Assembly: GCA_017460845.1 (NCBI GenBank)
Contig: JAFUAE010000108.1
Span: 15,567 to 79,566, forward strand
From: Lachnospiraceae bacterium
GTDB lineage: Bacteria > Bacillota > Clostridia > Lachnospirales > Lachnospiraceae
DNA length: 64,000 nucleotides
Reading direction: 5' to 3'
Made by a program: the position numbers and the translations under genes. Positions 1 to 8,094 of the stretch are shown here, piece after piece. Below the pieces are notes generated by a model. The model worked only from the letters and a program-made list of their open reading frames with translations, was not told the origin of the DNA and did no database searches. How positions within the stretch are numbered: position 1 is the first letter of the stretch; each line of letters starts with the position of its first letter.

Positions 1-742
1 GGATTTCATGGATCAGGCGGACATAATCTTCACCGCTGACGGCATTGCGGTCATCTGCAAACCGTATCGGCGGAATGAAATCCACTCCGTTCCAGCTGTA
101 GACCATCGAATAGATCTTCTGCCCTGTCAGCGATCCCTGTTTCATATGGTAAAGCGCGTCCGAAAGGCAGACCGTGAAGCTTTCACCTGTCAGATTCTCC
201 AGATTGGAAAACTCCTCCAGCGATAAATAAAGCGTTTTCTGCTTCTTTGACAGGATCCTGCAGAGGGTCAGCGCAAAAGTCGTCTTGCCGCACCGGCTGA
301 CAGGGCTGTAAATGCCAATGATCCGTACCGGTCGCCCGACCGCCTCTGATGCCGCGAGGAGCTCCATATCGCTGCAGCTTGTCATAATCTCCCTCAGCAG
401 CGTCTCTGCAGGCTGATATTTATTAATACAGTCGGCCGCCCTGATGCTGCCGGCGGAATCCGACACGGCCCGTTCAAAAGAAAAGCCCTCTTCCAGCGAA
501 ATGATTTTGCCTGCCTTGAGTTCACTTTTGCCGGAGGTTTCATAGGCACTTCCGTTCCCCTTGAGAAAGCGGCTGTCGGCGAGCAGCAGCTCTACCTTGT
601 GCTTTTTGCAGAATTCGGTATACTCTGCCGGATCATCAAACGGAACCGCCGTGAAAATCAGCTTTTTGTTTCTGTTGCAATAGCTGCAGAGGCGCTCCGC
701 ATATTTTTTCTCCCCTGTCAGCACTGCCATAATTTTTTCCAT
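1..742 (-). CDS. CpaE/TadZ-like MinD/ParA-superfamily ATPase of a Flp/Tad pilus locus. Only the N-terminal ~247 codons are present; the C-terminus lies beyond the window start.
   Basis: Absent from the supplied ORF track because it is open at the window edge. My own minus-strand translation from the ATG at 742 reads MEKIMAVLTGEKKYAERLCSYCNRNKKLIF...GRPVRIIGIYSPVSRCGKTTFALTL. That gives a P-loop (CGKTT) after a receiver-like N-terminal part. The gene lies directly downstream of an A24 prepilin peptidase gene. Confidence 0.55.
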   Translation of the reverse strand, partial: MEKIMAVLTGEKKYAERLCSYCNRNKKLIFTAVPFDDPAEYTEFCKKHKVELLLADSRFLKGNGSAYETSGKSELKAGKIISLEEGFSFERAVSDSAGSIRAADCINKYQPAETLLREIMTSCSDMELLAASEAVGRPVRIIGIYSPVSRCGKTTFALTLCRILSKKQKTLYLSLEEFSNLENLTGESFTVCLSDALYHMKQGSLTGQKIYSMVYSWNGVDFIPPIRFADDRNAVSGEDYVRLIHEI

Positions 743-862
743 ATTTTTCTATCCTTTCCCCGTCTGCCGTTTCATAACAGCACACCGGTTCTTTTCTTTT
801 TGTATCGGGCATTTTGAATCACCCGTCTGTCCTGCTGACTATCATTTCATGTCCGGCCTTCC

Positions 863-1327
863 CTAAGCGAGCAATGTCAGGCAGGAAGCCGCAAAGATAA
901 AGAGTCCCATCGGAATCGGCTGCCTGGCATAGATAAGCGCTCCGGAAATTCTGCCGCCGGCCGCGATCCCGCCTGCCGCCTGGAGGAGCGGCCATACTGC
1001 ACACAGCAGAACCGAAAGGATCATGACATTCAGCCCCTGCCGGTTCGGAAATGCGAACAGGATCAGCATATACAGCTTGACATCCGCCCCGCCTAACATC
1101 CGCAGCACAAAAAACAGGATCAGCGTAAAGATAAACATGAGTCCGTATCCGACTGCAACCGGATCCGTCTCAGGGCGTCCGACAAAGTAAGACAGCAGAA
1201 TAAACAGAAAGCCTGTTGCGGTCAGACGGTTGCAGATTTTATGGGATACCGTATCCGTCACTGCGGCAACAGCAAGAACGCATAATAAAACAAGAGTTCG
1301 GAAATAAAGACAGATATTCATATTCAA
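863..1327 (-). CDS. A24-family (CpaA/TadV-type) prepilin peptidase
   Basis: 154 aa polytopic membrane protein. Both aspartate contexts of type IV prepilin peptidases are present: AAVTDTVSHKI and MLGGADVKLY (GxGDxKL-like). Confidence 0.75.
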   Translation of the reverse strand: MNMNICLYFRTLVLLCVLAVAAVTDTVSHKICNRLTATGFLFILLSYFVGRPETDPVAVGYGLMFIFTLILFFVLRMLGGADVKLYMLILFAFPNRQGLNVMILSVLLCAVWPLLQAAGGIAAGGRISGALIYARQPIPMGLFIFAASCLTLLA

Positions 1328-1537
1328 GACCTGCCAAACGATAAATTAAAAATGAATCAAACGCAGAAACGCGATGAATCGGAACCCCGCAGACCGGGGT
1401 AAGAAAATCGGACAACGAACGTGTCCTGAAGTGACTTCATCATAAACCGCAAAGCGGAAAAGGTCAAATAAAAAATTTATAAACAATAGGCTCCGGACGA
1501 ATGGCGGCAGACGAGGCAGGCTTGCCTGCATCGAGCT

Positions 1538-1654
1538 GCAGACATTTGGACGGGCAACAAGTATGAGCAAAAAAGTCGGGCGTAATGAGCCCGACGATTT
1601 GCGAATACTTGTGAGCGCTGTGGGAGTGCGAAGCACGGAGCAGCGCGCAGCCTA
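1538..1654 (+). repeat. Full copy of the dispersed hairpin-rich intergenic repeat family (reference copy A1)
   Basis: Sequence: CAGACATTTGGACGGGCAACAAGTATGAGCAAAAAAGTCGGGCGTAATGAGCCCGACGATTTGCGAATACTTGTGAGCGCTGTGGGAGTGCGAAGCACGGAGCAGCGCGCAGCCTAT. Outer stem is CAAGTAT (1558-1564) with ATACTTG (1605-1611). Inner hairpin is GTCGGGC/GCCCGAC. Mini-hairpin is GTGC-GAA-GCAC (1626-1636). About 85% similar to the copy at 59538-59662. Confidence 0.85.
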
Positions 1655-1681
1655 TTTTAATTATTCATGTTTCCGAAAGCA

Positions 1682-1786
1682 ATGAATATGAGCAATAAAG
1701 CCGCACGATGCGAAGCGAGTGCGGCGAGTTGCGAATATTCAGTGCGGTATGGCGGGAGTGCGAAGCACGGAGCCATGCCTGCTTAT
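1682..1786 (+). repeat. Second copy of the repeat family (A2), in tandem with A1
   Basis: Same architecture as A1 with swapped stems. Outer stem is TGAATAT (1683-1689) with ATATTCA (1735-1741). Inner hairpin is GCCGCAC...GTGCGGC. It then continues GGCGGGAGTGCGAAGCACGGAGC. Confidence 0.8.
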
Positions 1787-1807
1787 TGTCACGATAGTAA
1801 TGCTGCA

Positions 1808-1856
1808 GAAATGCGAAGCACGGAGCAGCGCGCAGCCTATATTATAATATTCATTG
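1808..1856 (+). repeat. Partial copy (3' module only) of the repeat family (A3)
   Basis: GAAATGCGAAGCACGGAGCAGCGCGCAGCCTATATTATAATATTCAT duplicates 1622-1669 (GGGAGTGCGAAGCACGGAGCAGCGCGCAGCCTATTTTAATTATTCAT), including the A/T-rich flank. It abuts the stop codon of the DMT gene. Confidence 0.75.
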
Positions 1857-2798
1857 CGGCAGCTTCTCTTCCGCCTTTCTCCCCGCTGCCGGAAGCGGCA
1901 CCTGTGCAATGATCACCGCCGCAAACATCAGAACAGCGCCGAGCAGTTCCACCGGAAGCATACGCTCTCCGAGCACGATCCAGCCGGAAAGCGCACCGAA
2001 AACACTCTCCAGACTCATAATAAGGCTCGCCAGTGTCGGATTGACGCCCTCCTGTCCCACGATCTGCAGGGTATATGCCACTCCGCTTGAGAAAATACCC
2101 GCATAAAGGATCGCAGGCAGAGCAAGCCGTATCATTTCAAGTGACGGCTGTTCGAATACAAACATCAGGACCGTCGATTCCACAGCAACAACAGCAAACT
2201 GCACACGGCTCAGGCGGACGGGGTCCACCATCGGCACAAAATGCGCCACGCAAAGGACCTGGATCGTAAAAAGCAGCGCGCTCAGGATCACAAGGGCATC
2301 TCCTTTTTCTATCTCCAGAGTCTGGCCGCCCAGCAGACTTTTTCCGACGCACAGCAGAAGCATGCCGATCAGGGAAATCAGTACGCAGATCCAGATCTGC
2401 ACCGGTGGCTGCCTCTTCAGAAAAATGCTGAACAGAGGCACCAGCACGACATAAAGCGCAGTCAGGAAGCTGGCCTTGCTGGCGGTCGTATAAGCCATTC
2501 CGGCCTGCTGTGCCCAACTGGCGAGACAAAGACAGGTGCCGCAGATAAAGCCTGCTGCCAGCAGGTATTTCCGCTGCCAGGCATTTCTCGGCCTGCGGCT
2601 GTACTTTCCCTGTTTCTCCGTCATGGCATCGATCAGGGAAATAACCGGAGTCAGGATTATAACTGCGATCCAGCTGCGGCCGGCCAGATAAGTGTATGCC
2701 TGCACATAGCCGGCTCCGATACTTTGGGCTGCAAAGGTAGTGCCCCAGAAAAAGGCACAGATCAGCAGAAATAAGACATGCAGTTTGTTACTTTTCAT
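1851..2798 (-). CDS. DMT-superfamily (EamA-type) transporter
   Basis: 315 aa with about 10 hydrophobic helices arranged as two EamA-like halves. The N-terminus FFWGTTFAAQSIG is typical of the family. Confidence 0.8.
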   Translation of the reverse strand: MKSNKLHVLFLLICAFFWGTTFAAQSIGAGYVQAYTYLAGRSWIAVIILTPVISLIDAMTEKQGKYSRRPRNAWQRKYLLAAGFICGTCLCLASWAQQAGMAYTTASKASFLTALYVVLVPLFSIFLKRQPPVQIWICVLISLIGMLLLCVGKSLLGGQTLEIEKGDALVILSALLFTIQVLCVAHFVPMVDPVRLSRVQFAVVAVESTVLMFVFEQPSLEMIRLALPAILYAGIFSSGVAYTLQIVGQEGVNPTLASLIMSLESVFGALSGWIVLGERMLPVELLGAVLMFAAVIIAQVPLPAAGRKAEEKLPQ

Positions 2799-2838
2799 AA
2801 ATCAAATCCTCTGGTATGAGTCCCGGTTTAGTCATTGT

Positions 2839-4251
2839 TCAGGGCTGTACCCGTACTGCCCGCGAAGCTTCCATGCGTCTGAGCTCAGGCAGCACCGTCA
2901 GCAGCATAGTCGTAAAGGATGCCGTCCCTCCGATCACATTTGAGATTGGCTCCGCCAGGAAAACGCCCTTCAGGCCCAGGCCGAAAAGACCGGGCAGAAG
3001 GATCGTAAGCGGTACGACAATGACCACCTTCCGGAACAGTGAGAAAAAGATGGCCTTCTTTTTCTTTCCAAGCGCCTTAAAGGTCGTTTGTGCGCTGTGC
3101 TGCAGCGCCATAAATACAAAGGCAAAGAAGTACAGATGCATGGAGGGCAGCGCCGCACCGATCAGGCTTTGATCGGATGTAAAGATCGAAAGCAGCGGGA
3201 CCGGGATCGTCTCTACCAGGATCCAGCCGATCAGGGTATAGATACCGGAAACAAGCGACATCATAAAAATACTCTGCCGTACGCGCTGCGGCTTTTCAGC
3301 ACCGTAATTATAACTGATAATCGGAGATGCGCCTTCGACAATTGCAAATGCCGGCACCTCAAGTACCTGGCGCAGGGAAGAGATGATCGTCATGACCGAG
3401 ACATAAAGATCTCCGCCGGTTCCCATCAGTACATGATTGCAGACAGCCGTCACAAGGCCGTTTGTGAACTGCATGACAAATGCAGAAAGCCCTAAGCTGA
3501 CGATGCTGACAGAGGTGCCCGGATCCGGCAGAAGCGTATGTGTGCTCAGACTGAGCCGGTATTCCGCAGCCGATCGTCTGCCGAACAGAAAACGCAGCAC
3601 AAAAACTGCAGACAGCGCCTGGGAAATCACCGTAGCAAGTGCGGCCCCCCTGACGCCCATGCCCAGTATAAAAATGAAGACAGGATCCAGGATGATATTG
3701 CTCAGGGCGCCGATCGTGACCGTAAGCATGCCGATGCGCGGAAAGCCCTGCGCGTTGATAAACGGGTTCATGCCCGTTGCAATCATGACAAATACGGTGC
3801 CCCAGATATAGACCTGCAGATATGGCAGCGCATAAAGGATCGAATCCTGCGAAGCGCCGAACAGATACAGGATCGGACGTCCGAAAATAAAAAAGATCAG
3901 GATCAGCGCAAATCCCGTCAGCATTTCCAGCCGGAAGGATGTATTGATGATCTGTTCTGCCCTTTTCCGGTCTTTTCTGCCCCGTGCAATCGCAAACAGC
4001 GGCGCGCCTCCGCTTCCGTACAAGTTGGTAAATGCCGTGATCAGCATAATCACGGGAAAACAGAGCCCGATCCCGCCGAGCGCGGCAGTGCCTTCCCCGG
4101 GGATCCGGCCGATATAGATGCGGTCTACAATGCTGTAGAGCAGGTTCAGCACCTGCGCCACAAACATCGGGAAAGCAGTCTGGGCAATATTTACGGCGAT
4201 AGAGCCGTTTTCAAAATCAACCTGTTTCATACCGAAAGCATAGTATAGCAT
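2839..4251 (-). CDS. MATE-family efflux transporter
   Basis: 470 aa, about 12 TM helices. Contains the MATE N-terminal motif AQTAFPMFVAQVLNLLYSIVDRIYIGRIPGEGTAALGGIG. The start is uncertain; an in-frame ATG at 4230 is an alternative. Confidence 0.85.
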   Translation of the reverse strand: MLYYAFGMKQVDFENGSIAVNIAQTAFPMFVAQVLNLLYSIVDRIYIGRIPGEGTAALGGIGLCFPVIMLITAFTNLYGSGGAPLFAIARGRKDRKRAEQIINTSFRLEMLTGFALILIFFIFGRPILYLFGASQDSILYALPYLQVYIWGTVFVMIATGMNPFINAQGFPRIGMLTVTIGALSNIILDPVFIFILGMGVRGAALATVISQALSAVFVLRFLFGRRSAAEYRLSLSTHTLLPDPGTSVSIVSLGLSAFVMQFTNGLVTAVCNHVLMGTGGDLYVSVMTIISSLRQVLEVPAFAIVEGASPIISYNYGAEKPQRVRQSIFMMSLVSGIYTLIGWILVETIPVPLLSIFTSDQSLIGAALPSMHLYFFAFVFMALQHSAQTTFKALGKKKKAIFFSLFRKVVIVVPLTILLPGLFGLGLKGVFLAEPISNVIGGTASFTTMLLTVLPELRRMEASRAVRVQP

Positions 4252-4268
4252 GAAAGTCCGGCAACTGC

Positions 4269-4311
4269 AAAAAAAATGCCAGAGGTCTGCGAATAATGAG
4301 AACCTCTGGCA
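4269..4311 (-). terminator. Rho-independent terminator of the 4330-5436 gene
   Basis: 10-bp stem TGCCAGAGGT (4277-4286) with ACCTCTGGCA (4302-4311). On the minus strand it is followed by a run of 8 T (plus-strand A-run 4269-4276). Confidence 0.7.
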
Positions 4312-4329
4312 AATATTATTGATTGTCTT

Positions 4330-5436
4330 TTACTGAACCGGCTCGATATAATTCTTATTGACGACTACATTGACACCGTCAAGCGTGAACTGGACAAAAT
4401 CGGATCCGTCGATCGGCGTTACCGTTCCGATCACCGTGCCGTTGGAAAGCTGTGTATAGACACGGTTCTGGTTATCGGCAAATCTGATGTTGACGCCGTT
4501 GCCCTTGATCCTGTACTCCTGTACTGCCGGCTCGGTCTCCGCTTCGGTTGTCGGCGGAACCGTGGTCTCAGCAGGTGTCTCCTGCATGACGGTGGTCTCT
4601 GCAGGCGCTGCCGTAGTCGTTTCTGCCGGTTTTTTGGTCGGCAGGAAACTCCGGATGATAATGATCAGAAGGATTACGATGATTACCGGGATCAGGATCC
4701 TCAGAAGATCATAAATCGAAAAGCCGCCTCTGCTCTCTCCTGCATCAGACCTTGTGCGCCTTCTCTCCGGTCTTCTTCCGGCAGAACTCTGGGACGGTCT
4801 CCTTTCGGGTCTTCCCTGCGCGCTGTGCGCCTGGGAGCTTCGTCCGCCAGAAGAACGGCCCTCACTGCTGCTCCTGCGTCTTTCGGATCTCCTCAGGGAG
4901 GAAGCATCCACTCCCGATCCCTGATCGTCCTCACCTGTGCTGTAGGACGAACTGCGTCCGGAACCCAGATTTACTTCCACGTCGCCGTAGCTTTTCCGCT
5001 GTCCGGGCGCGGTATCAATGCGGACCGGCGTCCTGTCGACACTCACCGTCTTCCTGGAGGCAAAGGTCCGGACCTCATTTTTCAGCAGATAATATGCCTT
5101 CTGTGCATCTTCAGGATCATTGTCCTGTTCATGCACGGCCTTATTGCCGTAAAGCCTGATGTTGTGGAAAGCATCCCTGGAGGTCCTGTTGATCACGCCC
5201 TCCTGGAAGAGCTTTTCAATCGTGTCCGCCAGAGTCGTATACTCGATATTTTTTTCCGCAGCATATTCCTTTATGATCGTTTCCGCGGTCTGTCTGGATC
5301 TGACGATACTTAAATTATATTCTCTTCTGCTGATAAGGCCCGCCGCTTCTGCAAGTCCGTTATCAGTAAGCTCCTTGATATCAACGCTGCTGCCTGCCAT
5401 CATGCTCTCCAAAGTCTGATCAATTTTAAATCCCAT
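4330..5436 (-). CDS. Single-pass membrane protein of unknown function. Domain order: N-terminal DUF4145-like domain, Ser/Arg-rich disordered segment, TM helix, Thr/Pro/Glu linker, C-terminal SH3b-like beta domain.
   Basis: 368 aa. Contains AFHNIRLYGNKAVHEQ (the DUF4145-type R..GN.A.H motif) and a low-complexity RRSERRRSSSEGRSSGGRSS stretch. The TM helix is LLRILIPVIIVILLIIIIRSFL. The C-terminus reads EYRIKGNGVNIRFADNQNRVYTQLSNGTVIGTV. Confidence 0.5.
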   Translation of the reverse strand: MGFKIDQTLESMMAGSSVDIKELTDNGLAEAAGLISRREYNLSIVRSRQTAETIIKEYAAEKNIEYTTLADTIEKLFQEGVINRTSRDAFHNIRLYGNKAVHEQDNDPEDAQKAYYLLKNEVRTFASRKTVSVDRTPVRIDTAPGQRKSYGDVEVNLGSGRSSSYSTGEDDQGSGVDASSLRRSERRRSSSEGRSSGGRSSQAHSAQGRPERRPSQSSAGRRPERRRTRSDAGESRGGFSIYDLLRILIPVIIVILLIIIIRSFLPTKKPAETTTAAPAETTVMQETPAETTVPPTTEAETEPAVQEYRIKGNGVNIRFADNQNRVYTQLSNGTVIGTVTPIDGSDFVQFTLDGVNVVVNKNYIEPVQ

Positions 5437-5523
5437 GTGTTAGTGGTCATATCGGTAATGACACGCTATATATTGTATATTAAACTCTGGCAGATATTTT
5501 TGCAACAGAAAAGGGCTGATTCT

Positions 5524-6882
5524 TTAATAACTTTGTTTCTTCATGTATCGCCGGTAAACGGCCGCAGAAAGAACAACGGTCAGCAGGTCTCCGGCGACCT
5601 GCGCCCAGACGATCCCGTACATTCGGAATACGGCGTTCAGGATGAACAGCAGCGGAATATTGAAAACCAGCCACCTCGTGACGCCAAGAAACAGTGCCGT
5701 ATGTCCCTCCCCGAAGCCCTGGAAAACATACACCGTAAAAAAGCTGCTGAACATCAGCGGTGTTGCCAGAATGCGGACGCGTAAGAATCCCGTCCCAAGG
5801 ACCGCCGTCTCTGCATCTGTGATAAAGATATGCATGATCTCCGGAGCAAAGATTTCATAAAGTACTATGCTGAAAACACCGACAGCAAGACCGGCAAGAA
5901 TGGTATCCCGGATCGTTTCCTTCATTCTGGGGTAATTCCCCGCAGAACTGTTATAGGCCACGATCGGCATCATACCATGACAGAGCCCGATACCCGTGTT
6001 CAGGGGAAGCCGCTCCACCTTCAGCACGATACCGATGGCTGCCAGCGCCACATCCCCGTAGCCTGACATCAGCCTGTCGATCACAATATAATCCATGTCA
6101 AACAGAAATGCCGCAAGGCCGGAGGGAATGCCTACCCGGAATATGGAAAGGATGCTGCTGTTTTCAGGAAGCCCCCGGAAACGGAAGGTCACGGTCGACT
6201 CTTCGCGGATCCTGTAGATGACTGTAAAGAAATAGATGCAGGCGACGCAGTTGGAAAGGAGCGTGGCGATCCCGACGCCAAGTATCTCGTTTCCTTTCGG
6301 AAGCAGCACGAACATAAACAGCGGATCCAGGAAAATGTTCAGGATCCCGCCCGCCATAATGCCAAAACCGGCTTCTTTTGACAGTCCGGTGCTCCTCAGA
6401 TGATTTGCCATGACATTTGAGAGAACGGTAGGCACAGCCCCAAGAACGATCACACAGGTCGAATACTGTGCGGCATAGCGGATCGTACGGTCACTGGCAC
6501 CGAGGATACGCAGGATACCGTCCATAAAGAGGAACATGGTGAGTGAAAATGCCGCCGCCACACAGATTGCCAGATAAAAGCAGAATGCCGTGACTTTTGA
6601 AGCTTCCTCTTCTCTCTTTTTTCCAAGCAGTCTTGATACGACCGCCCCGCCGCCGATTCCGGCAAGTCCCGAAAGGGCAAGGCAAATGTTGAAGATCGGC
6701 AGGATCAGTGAGGCACCGGCGACCATATACGGGTCCCCGATCCTTCCCAGATAAAAGGTGTCCGCCATGTTGTAAATAAGTACAATGATCTGGGCGAAAA
6801 TGGTCGGAATTGCCATTTTCATCAGGGCCTGCGGGACGGGCAGGTTTTCAAATATTTCTGTACTGGCTGCGGTTTTCTTCAT
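5524..6882 (-). CDS. MATE-family efflux transporter
   Basis: The track ORF 5524-7176 is trimmed to the ATG at 6882 (MKKTAASTEIFENLPVPQALMKMAIPTIFAQIIVLIYNMADTFYLGRIG). The upstream 98 codons are read-through of a repeat element. Confidence 0.85.
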   Translation of the reverse strand: MKKTAASTEIFENLPVPQALMKMAIPTIFAQIIVLIYNMADTFYLGRIGDPYMVAGASLILPIFNICLALSGLAGIGGGAVVSRLLGKKREEEASKVTAFCFYLAICVAAAFSLTMFLFMDGILRILGASDRTIRYAAQYSTCVIVLGAVPTVLSNVMANHLRSTGLSKEAGFGIMAGGILNIFLDPLFMFVLLPKGNEILGVGIATLLSNCVACIYFFTVIYRIREESTVTFRFRGLPENSSILSIFRVGIPSGLAAFLFDMDYIVIDRLMSGYGDVALAAIGIVLKVERLPLNTGIGLCHGMMPIVAYNSSAGNYPRMKETIRDTILAGLAVGVFSIVLYEIFAPEIMHIFITDAETAVLGTGFLRVRILATPLMFSSFFTVYVFQGFGEGHTALFLGVTRWLVFNIPLLFILNAVFRMYGIVWAQVAGDLLTVVLSAAVYRRYMKKQSY

Positions 6883-6920
6883 GGTGCTGTTTCCCGTTTG
6901 CGTGGTGATAGTGTTTTTGG

Positions 6921-7135
6921 CATAAGTCCCGGATTGCTCCGTGCTTCGCACTCTGGTTTCCATACATTTCATAACGGCTCGCTGCGCTCGCCTATGAAAT
7001 TGTATCGCAATCCGGCAACGGAGTCTTGCGCTGACGCGCATAAGCTCCGGATTGCTCCGCGCTTCGCGCTCTCGCAATCCGAGCCCCGGAAATTCGGAAA
7101 TCACGCCGCTCCTTTCAGTCGCGTCGCTTTTTTCC
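6921..7135 (-). repeat. Composite copy of the repeat family (B), reverse orientation
   Basis: Two 33-bp direct modules: CATAAGTCCCGGATTGCTCCGTGCTTCGCACTC (6921-6953) and CATAAGCTCCGGATTGCTCCGCGCTTCGCGCTC (7039-7071). GGATTGC...GCAATCC closing stems are present. Mini-hairpins are GTGC-TTC-GCAC and GCGC-TTC-GCGC. Shares AACGGCTCGCT with the copy at 18117-18206. Confidence 0.8.
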
Positions 7136-7267
7136 TCATTTCCGTTGCCCCGTCCAATGAAGAAAAGCCCGCACAAGCAAGCCTGCGCGGGTCTTTTTTC
7201 ATTGTACTTAGCTTATGCGCTAAAAAAAGTCCGCCCCGATGCCTTACACACCAAAACAGACCCTTCG

Positions 7268-7340
7268 TGCGCCTTCAGGGACTCGAACCCTGGACACCCT
7301 GATTAAGAGTCAGGTGCTCTACCAGCTGAGCTAAAGGCGC
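7268..7340 (-). tRNA. tRNA-Lys (anticodon CTT)
   Basis: Reverse complement is GCGCCTTTAGCTCAGCTGGTAGAGCACCTGACTCTTAATCAGGGTGTCCAGGGTTCGAGTCCCTGAAGGCGCA. It folds as a canonical 73-nt cloverleaf with a 7-bp acceptor stem, anticodon loop CT-CTT-AA and T-loop GGTTCGAGTCC. CCA is not encoded. Confidence 0.95.
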
Positions 7341-7419
7341 TTATGTTTTATTCTCTTTTCGAGCGCTTTGTCATAATACATCAAACCCACTCTTATGTCA
7401 AGAAAAAAATCAATTTTTT

Positions 7420-8094
7420 CTAACTTCTTTGCGCAATCAGCTTGAAAATCGGATTTCCCTTGACGGAAAACTTCTCTTCATACTCCGTCATGACATTGCC
7501 TTCATTCATCACAGGGTCCTGATGCAGGTCATAGCTGATCTGAATGATTTTCCAGCCCTGCGCAGGGATCGTTTCCACGGAATAATCAAATAATCCGCGG
7601 TTATCCGTTTTAAATTCGATCAATCCCTCCGGGCGCAGGATCTTCTCATAGAGACTTAAAAACTGCGGAGAGGTCAGGCGTCTGCCCGCGGATTTTTCCT
7701 TGGGCCACGGATCCGAGAAATTCAGATAGATCCGGCTGATTTCATTTTCCGCAAAATATTCCTCGAGAAACCTCGCGTTGCTGTTGATAAAACGCAGATT
7801 CGTATCCGGCACCGCGCTCTGCATTCCGCGCTCCTCCAGGCAGGCTTTATAACGCGTGACCGCCTTGTACATAACTGTCGTATTCAGCTCAAAGCCTATG
7901 TAATTGTTTTCGGGATGCAGAAAGCTGTGGGTACGGATAAAGGTGCCCATCCCCATGCCGACCTCAAGATAGACCGGATGGTCGTTTCCGAACACCCCGC
8001 TGCTCCAGTTTCCCTTATATAGTTCCGGAGTGCTGATCACATACGGCTCTGCCTTGATCAGTTCCTCTACGCCCTTGATATGTCTGATTCTCAT
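7420..8094 (-). CDS. trmB: tRNA (guanine-N7)-methyltransferase
   Basis: 224 aa. Contains VYLEVGMGMGTF (SAM-binding loop), LNFSDPWPKEKSAGRRL and EFKTDNRGLF, all characteristic of TrmB. The start overlaps the kinase stop by 4 nt. Confidence 0.9.
   Translation of the reverse strand: MRIRHIKGVEELIKAEPYVISTPELYKGNWSSGVFGNDHPVYLEVGMGMGTFIRTHSFLHPENNYIGFELNTTVMYKAVTRYKACLEERGMQSAVPDTNLRFINSNARFLEEYFAENEISRIYLNFSDPWPKEKSAGRRLTSPQFLSLYEKILRPEGLIEFKTDNRGLFDYSVETIPAQGWKIIQISYDLHQDPVMNEGNVMTEYEEKFSVKGNPIFKLIAQRS

Noticed and set aside
1346-1912. Track ORFs 1346-1636 (-) and 1667-1912 (+) as small proteins
   Set aside because: Both lie entirely within tandem repeat copies A1-A3. They have no RBS and show peptide similarity to other copies only because of the shared DNA repeat (for example RSTEQ from GCGAAGCACGGAGCA).
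5524-7176. 550-aa version of the MATE transporter
   Set aside because: The first 98 codons run through repeat copy B and have no MATE homology. The typical MATE N-terminus begins at the ATG at 6882.
7268-7340. tRNA-Lys as an integration site of a genomic island
   Set aside because: There is no integrase, no excisionase and no partial tRNA 3'-end direct repeat nearby. The adjacent unusual DNA is a copy of the dispersed repeat family.
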